Assembly: GCA_051294905.1 (NCBI GenBank) | Contig: CM119372.1 | Location: 16,308,001 to 16,372,000 of the forward strand | DNA: 64,000 nucleotides | DNA from: Botryllus schlosseri | Lineage: Eukaryota | Direction of reading: 5' to 3' | Translations under genes and position numbers: made by a program | In this document: positions 13,917 to 27,471 of the stretch, one piece after another | How the letters are laid out: every line of letters begins with the position of its first letter | Numbering within the stretch: position 1 is the first letter of the stretch | The notes under the pieces: model-generated | Databases searched by the model: none | Told to the model about the DNA's origin: nothing | The model's input: the letters and a program-made list of their open reading frames with translations, nothing else

Positions 13917-14181
13917 TGTTTGTTTGTTTGTTTGTTTGTGGTATTCATGGTGTTTGTCAACTACAATAGTCATTTACACCAGGCCCATATTCTTCAATTT
14001 TGTTTCGTATATGCCGACTTGCAGCACGAGCCACTCACTTCTAGGCTTTTTGTAGACACCGCTTATGCGGATCGCACGGCGAGGATGAGCCTAGATTCTG
14101 GAGTCGACCTCGGTCTGACTTTTACCCGTAACCCATCGGTGTTCAAGCCGAGGATCTTACCACTACGCTATCTATCTCGCC
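13917..14181 (-). mobile_element. tRNA-derived SINE with (CAAA)n tail
   Basis: The minus strand starts GGCGAGATAGATAGCGTAGTGGTAAGA (A-box-like), later has GGTCGACTCC (B-box-like), and ends in (CAAA)5 at 13917-13938. Confidence 0.6.
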
Positions 14182-14237
14182 ACGTCCTCTCCATGTAGCA
14201 GCTCGGAGCTCACCTCGAATTTATTTTGTATATTAGC

Positions 14238-14657
14238 TAGGCTTACCATATTTTGGAAATCTAAAAAGAAGACACTTTTTCAGAAATTTAAGAGTTGCCA
14301 AACCGGAAAAGAATTCTCAAAAACCGGTAAAATTTTCCCATTTTGTGATCGGTTGACTAAAAAAAAAAGGTCGTTTTTCCGCTCAGAGCTCAAAATACCG
14401 TTTTTCTCTCCGTATTGCTAGGTGGATGACTAAAAACAAAAAAAGGTCAACTTTTCGCTCAGAGCTAAAATCACCGTTTTTCACTCCTGTGCTAATTTAC
14501 GGCATATCACTCGCAATTTGCTCTAAATCTGACCTAAATTTTCAAAACAGAGGACAAAATCCCAAAAAAGAGGACAAAAGGGCGTCCTCCGAGGACATTT
14601 TCAAAAAAGTCAAAAAAGAGGACAAATCCTCTTAAAAGAGGACGTATGGTAACCCTA
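14238..14657. mobile_element. hAT MITE, TAGGGTTACCATA family E
   Basis: Ends TAGGCTTACCATA / TATGGTAACCCTA. Perfect TSD ATATTAGC. Subterminal GAGGAC repeats. Reverse copy at 41846-42311. Confidence 0.9.
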
Positions 14658-15879
14658 ATATTAGCCTACGTATGAAATTGGATCCGGTGGCGAGGTTTCA
14701 GTCCCGTAACTGGGCCAGATTAGGAAAATTAACTTCAGGAATTTCTATTTCCAACGACTGTTCACTAATTTGCTGACACTGACGATTTCAAATCCAAGAT
14801 GATAACCTTTCGAAGTCACCATGTTTGACCTTAATACTGCAACTTGCTATTTTTTCCACAAAATCCATCAAAACACCCATCAACAACAATATGATTGTAT
14901 CAGTAAGCTATTGAGACTTTGAGAATTATTATGCGTCTGTATAGTAGGATGTTTCATCTCAGACGGCCATGCTGTTAATGTGAATCCTGAAGTTTTAGCG
15001 GGTATGAGACGAAACTGCATCGTGATTTCCCTATAATTAAAATCAGGTTATAAATCAGTTTTTAAATTCAGGGGCTTCGCGGACCCCCGGTTGAGAACCA
15101 CTGACATGGCATATTTCTAGTTGCTCATGTCCTGTTGCATCATGTGGGTGGAACCATATAGTGGAATACGCATCACCTATTTCCTCGCAATTCCTAAAGA
15201 AATAAGACGGAGGAGGCAGGACGCCAGGATGTGCAGCATTGGCGAAAGGCGTGTCTGAAATTTTGCAAAGGATTAAGAAGCAGACATTGGATAATCGTGA
15301 TTAGTATGGCAATGTTTTACGACCAATAAAATCAAAATTTTGACTTTTTTGACCTAAATAAACTGAATTTTGACCAAGATTTGACCTCGCGTAGGCAAAT
15401 TAGGTGTTTTCGCACGTATTGTTGAAATTGTACTACATATCTTTATTTGTAGTGGGAATTGTCTGTCCTTACGAAGTAATTTGGCCTGAAAAAACGTTTT
15501 TGATTTGAAAACTGACAACTATATGAGCTCTCTTCAGTTTTCCTAACAACACATTAATGTCGACCGAAAACGTCGCTTATCCGCTCTCATCATGACATCA
15601 TGGCCATATCGAATACCACCAATCTTGTATTGCCGTGCAGTCTCTCATAATGTAAGTTAGATAACTTTGCAATCGGATAGAAACGTGTACATCGTGATGA
15701 TGGTCGAGTTCGGCGACATTGATAAGGTCAATGCGTTCGTACCGAAAACCCACAATACTTCCATGGTTATATCTTCAAGTTACGTGCGAAACAAATATAA
15801 GATCATGTATTTCGAATCGATTCATATACAATTTATGTACGTTATTTGCCCAAACTTGTATACAGATAATTAATTATCC

Positions 15880-15947
15880 GTTACGTAATTCAGGCAATTT
15901 TTCAGATGTTACGTAATTCAGGAAACTCTTCAGATGTTACGTAATTC
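15880..15947. repeat. 28-bp tandem repeat, about 2.4 units
   Basis: GTTACGTAATTCAGG(C/A)A(A/C)T(T/C)TTCAGAT-like unit repeated. Confidence 0.8.
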
Positions 15948-16375
15948 GTTCGCTACCACTGCGACGTAATCGCATAGTTTCGAATGGCATGTAACCATTG
16001 AAGTGTTACCAAACCAAACCACTATGACCATGAAAGTCGGTCCGATTCATTCCACATGTGTAGCCATAGTATATAACATTGGTCTCTACACCAATGCTCT
16101 TCAACCCTTTTTGGAGAGGTGCATCGTTCAAAGTTGTAGCTCTATCTCATGCACCACGTCAGGTCAAGCTACACAAACTGCATGTGTCGACAAAGAAAGG
16201 TCCTCAGTCGCATCTGTCTGTCAAATTGTCAGATATCGGTGAACCGACTGAAAGAAAGGTCGTCACTTTCATCTGCATGGCTGCCAAATATTGGTCTATT
16301 ACAGAGACTGATTACTGAAATTAGGTCGTCCGAATCACGAGTTTCAAGCGCAGTATATATAAACCGGTGTTTCTT

Positions 16376-16605
16376 AATTCAATTCAATTCAATTTATTGC
16401 TAGAAATTTTCGTCATTTCAATACACCACAAGATTGCGATACAATGAAAGATACCAAGGTGTCGAAACGACTTCGAGTAGTCTTCGAATGAGGCATGCAC
16501 ACTGAATGAAAAGTAAAAGAATATGATATATAAGCACAGGTGACAAAAATGTGGCATGTGTCGGAAGGCGAGATCGATATGTCAGATCGTGGTCCGGTAA
16601 ACTAG
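16376..16605 (-). mobile_element. 3'-end fragment of a CR1/L2 LINE related to 6865-8433, with a (TTGAA)n tail
   Basis: The reverse complement matches 8168-8410 (TTACCGGACCACGA...ATCGATCTCGC...TTCATTCAGTGTGCATGCCTC...AGACTACTC...TTCATTGTATCGCA...TGTGGTGTATTGAA...AATAAA), followed by TTGAA repeats. Confidence 0.85.
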
Positions 16606-16617
16606 ACGGCTAAAGAG

Positions 16618-17700
16618 TAGAGATGATGTGAACGTGAGGCTCACCGCTCACGTTGACGTTCTGTGCGCGAACCGCAGAAATTTAGAGGTTCACGTTCACA
16701 AAAGAAGTATGGTAGGTTCTGCACTGTGAACCTTTTTCACATATTAGAATTTTCCACGTCATTATAACATCTTTTGTTAAAATTCTTTTCATTTCAACTG
16801 CGGGCCACTCTATGCATGGCGCTGGCAGCATAAAAATCAACACTAAACGAGCATGCACCTTGACAATCTCAAAAATTTTACTTACTTTGCTGCAAAAGTT
16901 CGCTCAAAATATCCAGCTTTCCGTTTTTGAATATTTAGTGACTCTATGCTATGAGCTTGACACGGAATCACGCAACATCAAGAGCGAAGTAGGCTACACT
17001 ACATGTAGGTAGTCGGCGAATGATGCTATGATACAACCAATCACCGAAATTGATATCGTTGTCTGATGTAAAATATCTAGCAGGCGCACTGGGTCAATCT
17101 TGATTTCATATGTTTATTGTATCATAAAAACCAAATCCGTGCGATTGGTGCGTTGGCTACTGCTGTATAACTAGATTATTGGTGTAATATCGGTAGCAAG
17201 CATGGGAACCCGTTTTACACTTTTCTCAATATCAAAGTAGCAATATTCAGACGCCGAATACATTGTCCAGTTTTGCCTAGACCAGTGGTTCCAACCTTTC
17301 TCTAATTTTCTAAAAAAAAGCCATTTTTGCGAAGTGGTAGGTGCTCGGAAAACCGGTTTCCGCGTCTACTTTCCGTTGAGTTTAACTTTTTTCGCGTCAT
17401 GTACAGAATAAGCTGTCTTCGCATGCATTTGTTGACCGTGATAGTCGAATATATCTCACCCTACGTTCCAATATTTTCCTTCCCTGTCGCCGACCAGTCG
17501 CTCCCTTTGATATTTTCGCCCCCTTGTTTCTCAAATTCGCCCACTTGGGGACGATATCACCCACGTTTGAAACGACTGGCCTAGACCGTTAAGGCGTAAG
17601 CTTATATTCCCTTGCAAGTCCTCGTCGAAATTGTTGGCAAAGCGACGTAAGATTTTATGGGATTATTATATCATTTGATTGCCCTATAGTCGATACTTTT
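16618..17700 (+). mobile_element. Family B MITE, right end lost, with a nested hAT MITE
   Basis: Starts TAGAGATGATGTGAACGTGAGG and is colinear with 20663-21629. Right boundary approximate. Confidence 0.75.
17283..17578. mobile_element. hAT (Buster-like) MITE nested in family B
   Basis: Ends CAGTGGTTCCAA / TTGAAACGACTG. Perfect TSD GCCTAGAC. The empty site TGGCCTAGACTGTTAAG is present in the 20663-21629 copy. Confidence 0.85.
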
Positions 17701-18053
17701 GGGCGCAGATCGAAAAATCCCCTAGGTGACACCGATTCTTTTTTTTTTTAAATATAATCCGGCTCCGGCCTATCAGCCAAAATATGAATCCGGCTTCAAC
17801 CCGGCTACTCACAAAAGTAAAAGAGTTCTGACAGTATCCACCCAGGCTCTGGCTAAATCCTTCACACTACTCCATAGTAGTATGGGAAAAAGTACGAGTC
17901 CGGCTGCGATCCAAATCAGGTCTTACCAGCAAAAGTATAAATCCGGATCCGACCAAAATAGAAAAAAAAGTATCTGGCGGATATCCAGTCCATAGATTAT
18001 GCATGCCCCGCTCTAATACACACAAAACGTCCATCCTCACGAAAAAACACGTA

Positions 18054-18899
18054 CCGTAATTTTCCGAATATAGTGCGCCAAAATGTATAATATACGCACT
18101 CTTAAAATGGCGTGTAAATTCTGGGAAAAAGCCTGTACCCATGTATAGTACGCACCCTGTATTCGCAGTACATGAATAGTTGTGTTTTAGTACACGATGT
18201 TGTTCTGTTTTGCGATGTCACTGTCGAACAATCATGACATAACCATCGCATCGCTAATCACAATACAATTACCGGCATTGCCTCTAAACGAGAGCAGATA
18301 GTAGCCAAAGCCTGCGAGGCCGGCGACGCGATAGTTCAGGCTAGCGACACACGACATCTTGCGCACGAGGCCTATTACAATTACAGATGCGATTGCTCAG
18401 GCTAACGGTTATGTCGGGCGCACCAGTCCTGTTAGAGATGCGACTGATTACGCAAGCGTTTATATCTTGCGCACATGGCCTCTTGTGTATGCGATTGTTC
18501 AGGCCTGTCGTTGACGCGATGAATCAGCAAGGATTGCCGCGCACGCTTGTAGCAATCAGCGACCTAATTTCGCTCGCGTACGAACGGCGAACTAACTCAG
18601 CAAGAGATCGCGTGCTGTGCCGTCGACTCTCGTTAATTGGCAACACACTTTTCGTTAATTCGCAACACGCTTCTCTATTTGGCAGCGCGTTACACTCTAT
18701 AATACGAATTACGGGGCACGATGGCTAGAGGCGATGCGCGATTGGAAACAAACATGAAGAAAGGTGTGATTTCAAGTTTCTGATCGAGAGAGATTTTTTT
18801 TCAAGGATTGCTGTACCCATGTATAATACGCACCCCCCCCCCCCTATTTTAGGGCATAAAATCGGTAGAATTTTGCGCATTATACATGGAAAATTACGG
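18054..18899. mobile_element. pogo/Tigger-like (Tc1-mariner superfamily) MITE
   Basis: TA|CCGTAATTTTCCGAATATAGTGCGC ... GCGCATTATACATGGAAAATTACGG|TA, i.e. TIRs with a TA TSD. Confidence 0.85.
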
Positions 18900-20662
18900 T
18901 ATACATTGCACACTCAGCAGAAACATAGCAGCAATCGGTAATCAATCAATCAAACAATTAAAGCGCGCTACAATATAAAGTATAAAACGATTTGTAATAC
19001 TCATAGGCAGATATTGGGTACTTGCGATTTGTAATCGTAATCACTTACGACGATATCATGCCAAAAGTAAGAAATAATGTCTAGTCTATCAATAAGCCGT
19101 AATTCACTTATTATTTTATGGTTATTATATTATGATTTTATACTACCCAATGTGAAGAATGCAGACAGAAGCTTCGTTCTGATATCGCGAAATCTACATT
19201 GCCGTTACATACGTTATAGCCAGTTGTAACGAGGATATTTCAATGGAGTTGAATAATTTTTAGCTAATCCGCGTCATAATTATTTTTCATTAATTAGTGA
19301 TGCTTATATCCAAACGCTATCGCAGGCCCTGCTCAAGATACATAGGTCTATGTGTCAAAAATCGTCACTTTTCCTGCAGGCATGCTTGTAACACGATGTT
19401 TGGTCACTGACAAATTGGGTGAGCAGCGTTTATTAGGCAACTAAACAATTTAATCAGTGAATCCCATAGATCTGGGGGAAAAAGTTATTTTTGAACAACC
19501 CTACTGGACGTGGTGTGCTCATTAAAATGTATCTGTTTCTCGAGTTCGTGCCTCATCTTGCATTCAAACCCAAACGTGTCGTCGGTAGATTTAATAGTAA
19601 ATAATCCATTCCCCATCCACCTATATCAGCGATAGTGGACTCCCGGCTCTCGTTCATATACTGCAGAAATCCCAATAAGTGATTTGGCTTTGAAAAAATC
19701 AAAGTCTTCAAAATTTCCACTTAATACGAAGTCCTTTTCAGGAATTATGTAATCGTAGCAGTTTAGACAAACCCAATGCTTTCATAAGACAGATTACGGC
19801 TGTCAGATAATTGAGCTAAATTTGAACTAAAACGTCAGGGGCCTGCAGGGGCCTTGACGAAAAGGGGTCCGCGAAGACAAAAAGGTTGAGAAACACTGAA
19901 CTACATCATTGGCTGTGGTGAACACAAATGCAATATTGTTCCACATCCCGTATGTTCCAGATGATACCTGAGATTCTGCGACAGTATCTTCCACCTGCAT
20001 TTTGGAGAGTCTGACAAATAAGTATGACTTATTCCACCTGCTCACTTGAAATTACAAGGTTGGAAAGTTATACATTCTCTTTGTTTCGATAACATCTTCA
20101 TGGTAGATCGTTGAAAAGTCCTGAATATATTTCAATGAGATATATTTCTGCTGTCTCTGAAGTTCAAACCACGAACGGCATTTGTGCCTGCGATATTTTT
20201 CATCCTGCCTGCTCTGCAGGGTTTAAACTTGCTGAGATACCCAAATTAGCTTGGTACATCGTCGTCAGTATTGTATTTTCAGAAGGTAACAGCACTGCAG
20301 CAAGCGTCCAGCGTCGAAAAAATATTCTTTTCAATATAACTTGATTGCGATATGTATTATTTGTGACGCGTTGTGAAGTGGATTTTGATGTCCTTTAGTT
20401 TAAAGCTGTTAGTTTTCATCACGCTTTCGCTATCACCAAACACCGCTTAGCATGGATTTTCTGTGTCTTGAGGTGCCGCAGAAAAATCCAGAGCAGATAC
20501 GGCAAACTGCAAAATATAAATAAAATATATTAACGTGCGCTATGATGAACACGACACGATACCACGCGACAGATTTGAAGCGATGGCTTTAAATTTATTG
20601 GATACATCTGTTATTTGGTTTCTAATATACCAGAATGAACGATGACTCGTATATATGTTTAC

Positions 20663-21629
20663 TAGGGATGGTGTGAACGTGACGTTCACGATCGCGGTCT
20701 CTGTGTGAATCTCGGGAATTTAGAGGTTCACGTTCACAAACGAACCTTGGTAGGTTCTGTACTGTGAACCTTTTTCATCTATTACATTTTTCACGTTATT
20801 GTAGCATCTTTGGTCGAAATTGATTGCATTTCAGCTGCGGGCCACTCTATTCATGGCGCTGGCAGCAAAAAAAAATCAACATATACGAGCATACACCTCG
20901 ACAATCTCAAAAAATTTACCTGCTTTGTTACAAAAGTTTGCTCGAAATATCCATCTTTCTGTTTGTGAATATTTAGTGACTCTCTGCTGTGAGCTTGACC
21001 CGCAATCACACAACATCAAGAGTGAAATATGCTACATGTAGGTAGTCAGCGAATGATGCTTGTTCAAACAATCAATGAAATTGATAGCATTAATTGATGT
21101 ATAAAATCTAGCAAGCGTACGTGGTCCATCTCGATTTCATATGTTTACTGTATCATAAAAACCAAATCCGTGCGATTGGGGTGTTGGCTACTGCTGTATA
21201 ACTTGTTAATGGGGTAATATCCGTTTGACATTCTGCTCAATATCAACGTAGCAACACTCAGACGCCGAATACTTTGTCCGGTCTGGCCTAGACTGTTAAG
21301 GCGTAAGCTTATATTCCCTTGCAAGTCCTCGTCGAAATTGTTGGAAAAGCGACGGAAGATATTGAGTTTATGGAATTATTATCATATCATTCGATTGCTC
21401 CAGTTGATAAATTTGGCGACGTTTAAAAAGTCAGTATGTACTTCAGCATTGTGTCATTATGTGTCCTGGGTATCGCGTACATTAATAGCCTCTATATAAC
21501 TTCACTGAAATGTAGGGCTGGAATTAGCAATATGAATTCATGAGGTTCACGTTCGCGTTCACACAGAACCTTTCAAAAAGGTTCGCGTTCACACGAACCT
21601 GAACCTTTCAGAGGTTCACACCATCCCTA
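20663..21629 (+). mobile_element. Family B hAT-type MITE, complete
   Basis: TIR TAGGGATGGTGTGAAC / GTTCACACCATCCCTA. TSD ATGTTTAC/TTATTTAC (6/8). Subterminal GTTCAC/GAACC repeats. Confidence 0.9.
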
Positions 21630-22515
21630 TTATTTACAAACACAAGACCTCAAAATGGTGAAGACCCATTTGTCGACCTATTTTTAGTGCACAAATCTAT
21701 GTCCGCGACTATAAATCTATATCAATCGCGGTAACGAAAAATCAGATTTGGAGAATTCAGCGTTGTAACTAAGTCCCAAGTTAATCTTCGTTTTTTAGTT
21801 AACACTCGTGTCAATTCGAGTCATTTTCAATTCAGCACCGAGGCCTGTCCTGGTCCGAGCCGGCGAGCAGAGGGTTGAGTCATAGAGTTCATTGCTCAGT
21901 TTCTAGTTTAAGTCGTGTTCAACCCCCGTTTCCCAACTCTGCTAGAATGATATTGAATGTCCTGCTTTCATGATATAGCAACCTTACTCACTCTTAGCCG
22001 TTGCTTGTCGTATTTTACAAGCACCGTTACTGATAGACGAAATACCAACAATGTGATAACTTTACTATCGTTTGAAGCTAGCTGGCCGTCCGAGTCGAGT
22101 ACAAGTCGAGTGCATACAGAGATTGACTTGAGCCGAGTCGAGTCATTACAATCCTACGAAAAGTCGTGGTTGTTGACGATAGACCGAAATTATGTAGTTA
22201 TTTAGTTTGGATGCAACACTATTTTCAGATCCGACTATATGATATCCCTTTTCGTATCCCACAAATATAGGACGGGCGCGTGTATACAGGATGTATGTAA
22301 CGCCGTTATTTGATCATTCGTGACATTGTGACATCGCGCGCGCTTCAATTACCAATCCACAAATAGATGCAAATATTTAGACGAGGGGTTCTTAAACCAA
22401 GGGTTCCACTGAAGAAACTATAACCAGATTTTCGTTTGAGAAGGACGACGTCAATGGGACTGTGAACTACCTTGTATGTAGTTATTAGTTATCTTATTTT
22501 AGGCATGGAACATAG

Positions 22516-23866
22516 CAGGGGTGGGCAAATATTTTTGTCCGCGGGTCAAAGGAGAAGTAAAGAATACGTGGGTGAGCCGAATGAAAATTTTTAGCTATAT
22601 TCTCCAGCGTATTTTAATTTCATTTCTAAATTAATTTGTTAATAAATGCTGCTCAGTGAACGCGTTGGTATTTGGTAATCACAAATGACTGTTAATTAAA
22701 AAAAAATCATTAAAACTATCTTTTGCCGTCATGATTCGAAGCAATGTTACACGCAACAGCTCTTTTTAAACCCCTCTCTAGGTTATTCTATGAAGAAACT
22801 AAAACAGCGGTTCTTAAACGTTTTTTAAGCACGCCCCGTTACGATAGTGAAAACTTTGTGTCATAACATGTGATAACATAAAATATTAGAAAGAGCAACC
22901 AGAATGCTCGCAATCCCAACGGATAGTTTGATGGCATTGAAGGTGATGGTTGTTGAGGAGAGAATTCCGAAATATCAGTCGGACAATACACAGACCAACA
23001 ACTAAGAGGTAAATCGCGTAGAGCGCGAAAAAATAACTTCATTTAACTGCGACTTCGCGCCACCTGCAGATGCTTTCACGCCCACCCGTTTGAGAACCAA
23101 TGCATTAAAATGTATTTGGGATAGCACAAAGTTAATTGTTTTGGTCGCTGCCTTCCGCGCATGGTGCAGCTTGGTGAAATAGCCTTGAGGTTGAGCGAAG
23201 CTTGCAGTTTTTCTGAAATTCACCTTACCCTGACAGAGTGAATGTCTTCGTGTTATTGTCATAAGACCCACTTTAATTAAAATCATTCATCTTGACGACC
23301 TGCTCGGCACAAACTATTAAAAGGACGGGTTTACCCCTGACTCCAGTATACAAATATTTAGTGCTCTAAATTTTCTTCGAATTTCAGCTTTCGGCTTTCA
23401 TTCTTTTTTTGCCATGGCCACTCATCCTTTGTGGATGATAGATATGATGACTCGTATAGTAATCGCGAGCACTGATTGACTTTTTTGCGACTTAGGGATT
23501 TGGAAATGTATCACGTAACGATTTGAAACACAGACCGTATAAGGCGCAACGTGACAATGGCAACAAAAAAGGTTTGAGCCAAACTACATGGAAAGAGGGT
23601 TTTCTTGTGACTTTAATAGCTACTCATACTTGGCTACATTGACTTTATTTTCAATCTGGATTACGCATGCGAGGTACGTAGGCAGCGTAATCGTGGGATA
23701 TTAATGAACGATCTTCCTGTTCAGTTGATGCAGCCTGTGGTTTTGTCCACACATCAACATTCAGAAGCAGGTTTTATGTTTTGAATTCCAAGCAACCTTT
23801 CACGCGCTGCACAGAAAAGCTCCGCGGGCCGCATTTGGCCCGCGGGCAGCACTTTGCCGTGGTCTG
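22516..23866. mobile_element. Old hAT (Charlie-like) element containing a further MITE remnant (about 22805-23102)
   Basis: Ends CAGGGGTGGGCAAA / TTTGCCGTGGTCTG. TSD GAACATAG/GAATATAG. 23300-23560 is homologous in reverse to about 60720-60960. Confidence 0.65.
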
Positions 23867-25109
23867 GAATATAGCTTCTTGGACTTGATGTATAACCCCC
23901 TATAGTCCTCGGTTTCTGAAGTTTTGGGGGTCCGGGGAGGGCAAAAAACCTGGAGGGGTCCATGAAAAAAAGAAAAATGAGGAGCCCTTGACTTGGACAA
24001 TTATGAAATAATTATACAATTTTTTCATTTACATTTCGATAATTTTTTCAATAAATTTTTCATTAAATGCCATGTGCTGTACGTTTTGAACGTAGTGTTT
24101 TATAACATCTCTTGCTTCGAATGCGGCCCTGCAGGAACGGAACGTGGACGCGATCCCCGGTTTCGTACACAGTTGGATAGTGAATTGTATTTTAGCGAGG
24201 TATATTGCGTGGCAGATGTTTAATGCGCACACTGCAGCAAGGATGTCGCGACTAGATATTGGTTGTTTAGCACTAAACAGTTTAGAATTAGCAGACCGAG
24301 CTAGGGATTGTCTATGCCGAAAACCAAATCACTGTATACAGCCATCATATAGCCACGTGATAAATAGCCAGCCGGCATTCCGTTAATTCATCCGTAAACA
24401 ATATCCGTCTATATTGCAAGTCCTACCGCGACGGTCAAATACCACAATATTTCAGAGTTTCATTACTAATCGAATTTTAGCAACTGCACAATTTTACCTT
24501 ACCTAGAGTGAAATGGTAATTGCGAAATGAAAATGAATGACCTAAAAAATGATGTTGGGACATATTGCTATAGTTATGCGATGGAGCTTATATATTGAGA
24601 GAGTTACGAATATGTTGGAATTAAGCCTTACATTGAACAATATCAAATCATATAATCTTCCATGCATTAGTAGATTTGGTTCGAGAAGTAGACATATAGC
24701 TAAAGAAGCATAGACTCACTTTTTCTTTCCCCTCTTGTTCTATATATTCTGCAACCAGACGTTCTTCTTGAAAGAGTGCAATAATGATTATTGCATCGGT
24801 CTTCAATAAATTTGAGAATCCGCAACACTGGTCAAATGGAAAAAATCCCAATTGAATGAACCTTCCACGATTCAGCATTCGGCAGTGTGATTATTCAGGA
24901 TACACATTTATTTATCGATTTGCATATTTGGCTTCGGAAAAGGTGTGCACTTAATCACTTATGCGCCTATTCTTGAATAATCCAGTCCGCGAAACGGATT
25001 TACATGCTATATATAATTGTATAATATGCGCCCTCAGTTAACTTGGAAATCAGTATTCTACATCCCGATGAATTTCAAATTGATGCTGCACTCAACCTAT
25101 CTTCTAATC

Positions 25110-26400
25110 CAGGGATTCTCAACCTGGGGAGCGCGCCCCCCTTGGGGGGCACGAGAAATTGACAAAGTCTGTATAAATTGTGACTGAACACGTGTTTCAC
25201 AACCATTCTGAAAAGACGATTGTTGACGATTGACCTCATTTCGTATTCTAGAAAGCTTGCCAATCTCAAACTCCACCAGTCGCGCTCAACGGAGTATAGG
25301 CTGACTTCAACTTCATTTGAGCAAATTTTTGATATTCTTTGAAGATTTAGAGCAATTACTACGTGCAAGTCATTCATTACTTTATAGCTTTGGCATTAGC
25401 CTAAATCTCGGTGCGCTATGTAGCTGTTGTTAATAGCTGGTAACTGCTCTGCCTAAGACAGACTTAGATGCAATATAGGTTGCCCGGATTCGCCCTCAAT
25501 TAGGCTATAAATCAACACAATTTAATTCATTTCCAAAACTGATCAAATTTAGCATGGTAGGACAGAACGACGCCGTGCTCTCTGTAGTCACTACCAGCAT
25601 TAGTCTCAGTGCAACCTACCTTGAAATTATTTGATGTCCTGTTCAATGTTTTTATGTTATTTTCAAACAAGTTTGGGGAAATTTGTCAGCAATGTAAAAG
25701 ACTCAACAACTGGAATGCGGATTCAAAATTAGCGCAAGATATACCTTATGTATACTATTAGATCAGGGATGGTCAACATGCGCCTGCGCCCGTAGAAGGG
25801 AATTTGTGCGGCTGCCGTCGAAGCCTAATTCAATTAGTATGTGTTGGCGGCCGTAGACATGCAAATTGCAATTGCGAATTCACTCCCGAATTTTTGAGAG
25901 ATTTTAATCTTGAAATTTTCTTCGCGCTCCGCGCAATTCAACAAGACTTTTTCGATTTCAGTGCAGTAGCGCCCTTTTTAATCTGAGCCGGAATGGGAAT
26001 CGTCAAGAAATAACAATTCATTCGCGGCTCTGAAAAATTTTCGCACCGCGCGACAATATGCACTCCCAGCAACTATTCAAAACATTGCCACTCGCGATTT
26101 CGGTGCGTACAATAGGCCGTTGCGAAAAGTAGAATAGTCCGGAGTTCACCGGGAATGGATATGGACAGTTTACCATAGGTATTTTGCGTCCATATCGTTC
26201 GATACGGCAATGCCCTGGAATGCGGCCTTGAGCTACATAAGTAATCGAAATGCGGCCATGATTAGCAAAAAGGTCGCCCTCCTCTGTATTAGATGATGTG
26301 CTCTTTTTGACATGACGATAAATGCAAGGGGGGTCAGGGGGCGCGATTTTTTTAACCATCGCTAAGGGGGGCGCGTGTCAAAAAAGGTTGAGAACCGCTG
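25110..26400. mobile_element. hAT (Buster-like) non-autonomous element
   Basis: Ends CAGGGATTCTCAACC / GGTTGAGAACCGCTG. Perfect TSD TTCTAATC. Confidence 0.85.
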
Positions 26401-27352
26401 TTCTAATCAATGCGACGGAGCCCCTTCGACGACAGTGTGTACTGTAAAATATTATAATCCTATCTGAACGAAGTAGCCAACGAATACGCTGATGGGGACC
26501 TAAAGAATCAGATTGGTTACTACGTTTCTCGTACAACCTTTCCGTAATAAGGGAATAAAAACTTAATAAATTGCCTGATTTGCCGCCGGTATGGTGGTTT
26601 GAGATTAGCCATATGCTACCCAAAATTGATCATTGTAAGATCTTCCTCGCGGAACAAGGAATTTATGATCTAATGAAAATAATTATGAAGGGTCCCAACC
26701 CATCCCCCATCCTCGACAAAGATCCTATAATTTGTCTGAAGTCGCATATTAATACCAGGGTAGATTGAAAGCAATAATATGAGCTTCCATGAGTTGCAAT
26801 TTTCTCTCTGTTTTATCCATGATACCTCTTCTTTATCAGCGTCGTTGGAAGAAGTGGGCCTGAAAGTTTTGAGTCGCTGTACGTCATCACACAACTGCCC
26901 TTACATAAATTGCCTGTTTATCATTTACCATGCAGCGAATATGATGCTCCCTTATTGATGCAGAAATCATTCGATTCATTGGTCAACTCAAGTGTAGCAA
27001 TGACAACGATAGTCGAGCGATTTCTAAATTAGGCGACGCGGTACCAGTGTATTTTTACAAGTATCAGTTTAAAATGGTGGCATTTTTCATCGTGATCCAC
27101 TCTTGCGTAACGGACATGCAAACACAGCGAATTCGCGGATTAGTGATCCAATGTACCACCCGCGAGTTCATAAACCAAATCTCTCGCGTTAAAGGTGGTA
27201 TTAAAGTAATGAAACCGCAAAAATGCCATAATATAGTGGATTTATGACGCAGTTCAATACCCATCCCGTAGCAAGTTTATTTGCGGGAGTTAGCTTATCT
27301 TTTTCTACAGTTGATTATTTGAAGAGCTTCTTGGAGGTACAGAACTTCAATA

Positions 27353-27471
27353 TACAATTAAATAGTATATTCATATTGAAATGAACCCGAATATTTTCGG
27401 CTGACACTCCTGACGAGTGTCAGCCGAAAATATTCGGGTTCATTTCAATATGAATATACTATTTAATTGTA
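27353..27471. repeat. Perfect inverted repeat (57-bp arms, 5-nt loop CTGAC)
   Basis: 27353-27409 is the exact reverse complement of 27415-27471. Confidence 0.95.
27406..27439 (+). ncRNA. Minimal type I hammerhead ribozyme motif (Penelope-like element type)
   Basis: ACUC-CUGACGA-G(UGUCAGC)C-GAAA-AUAU-UC-GGGU: complete core, 1-bp stem II, palindromic stem III, 4-bp stem I with one G-U pair. Confidence 0.6.

Larger units (their letters stand above)
13500..15103. mobile_element. hAT (Charlie-like) element containing a SINE and another MITE
   Basis: TIR CAGTGGTTCTCAACC / GGTTGAGAACCACTG. TSD ACATTGAA/ACATGGCA (6/8). Confidence 0.7.

Noticed and set aside
15880..15947. 28-bp repeats as a CRISPR array
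   Set aside because: Units are directly adjacent with no unique spacers, there are no cas genes, and the context is eukaryotic.
19900..20340. Coding-like minus-strand stretch
   Set aside because: The most protein-like frame has several stops and no recognisable family.
24648..26894. Short ORFs with splice-like sites (24648-24878, 26571-26894)
   Set aside because: No consistent exon chain or recognisable protein.
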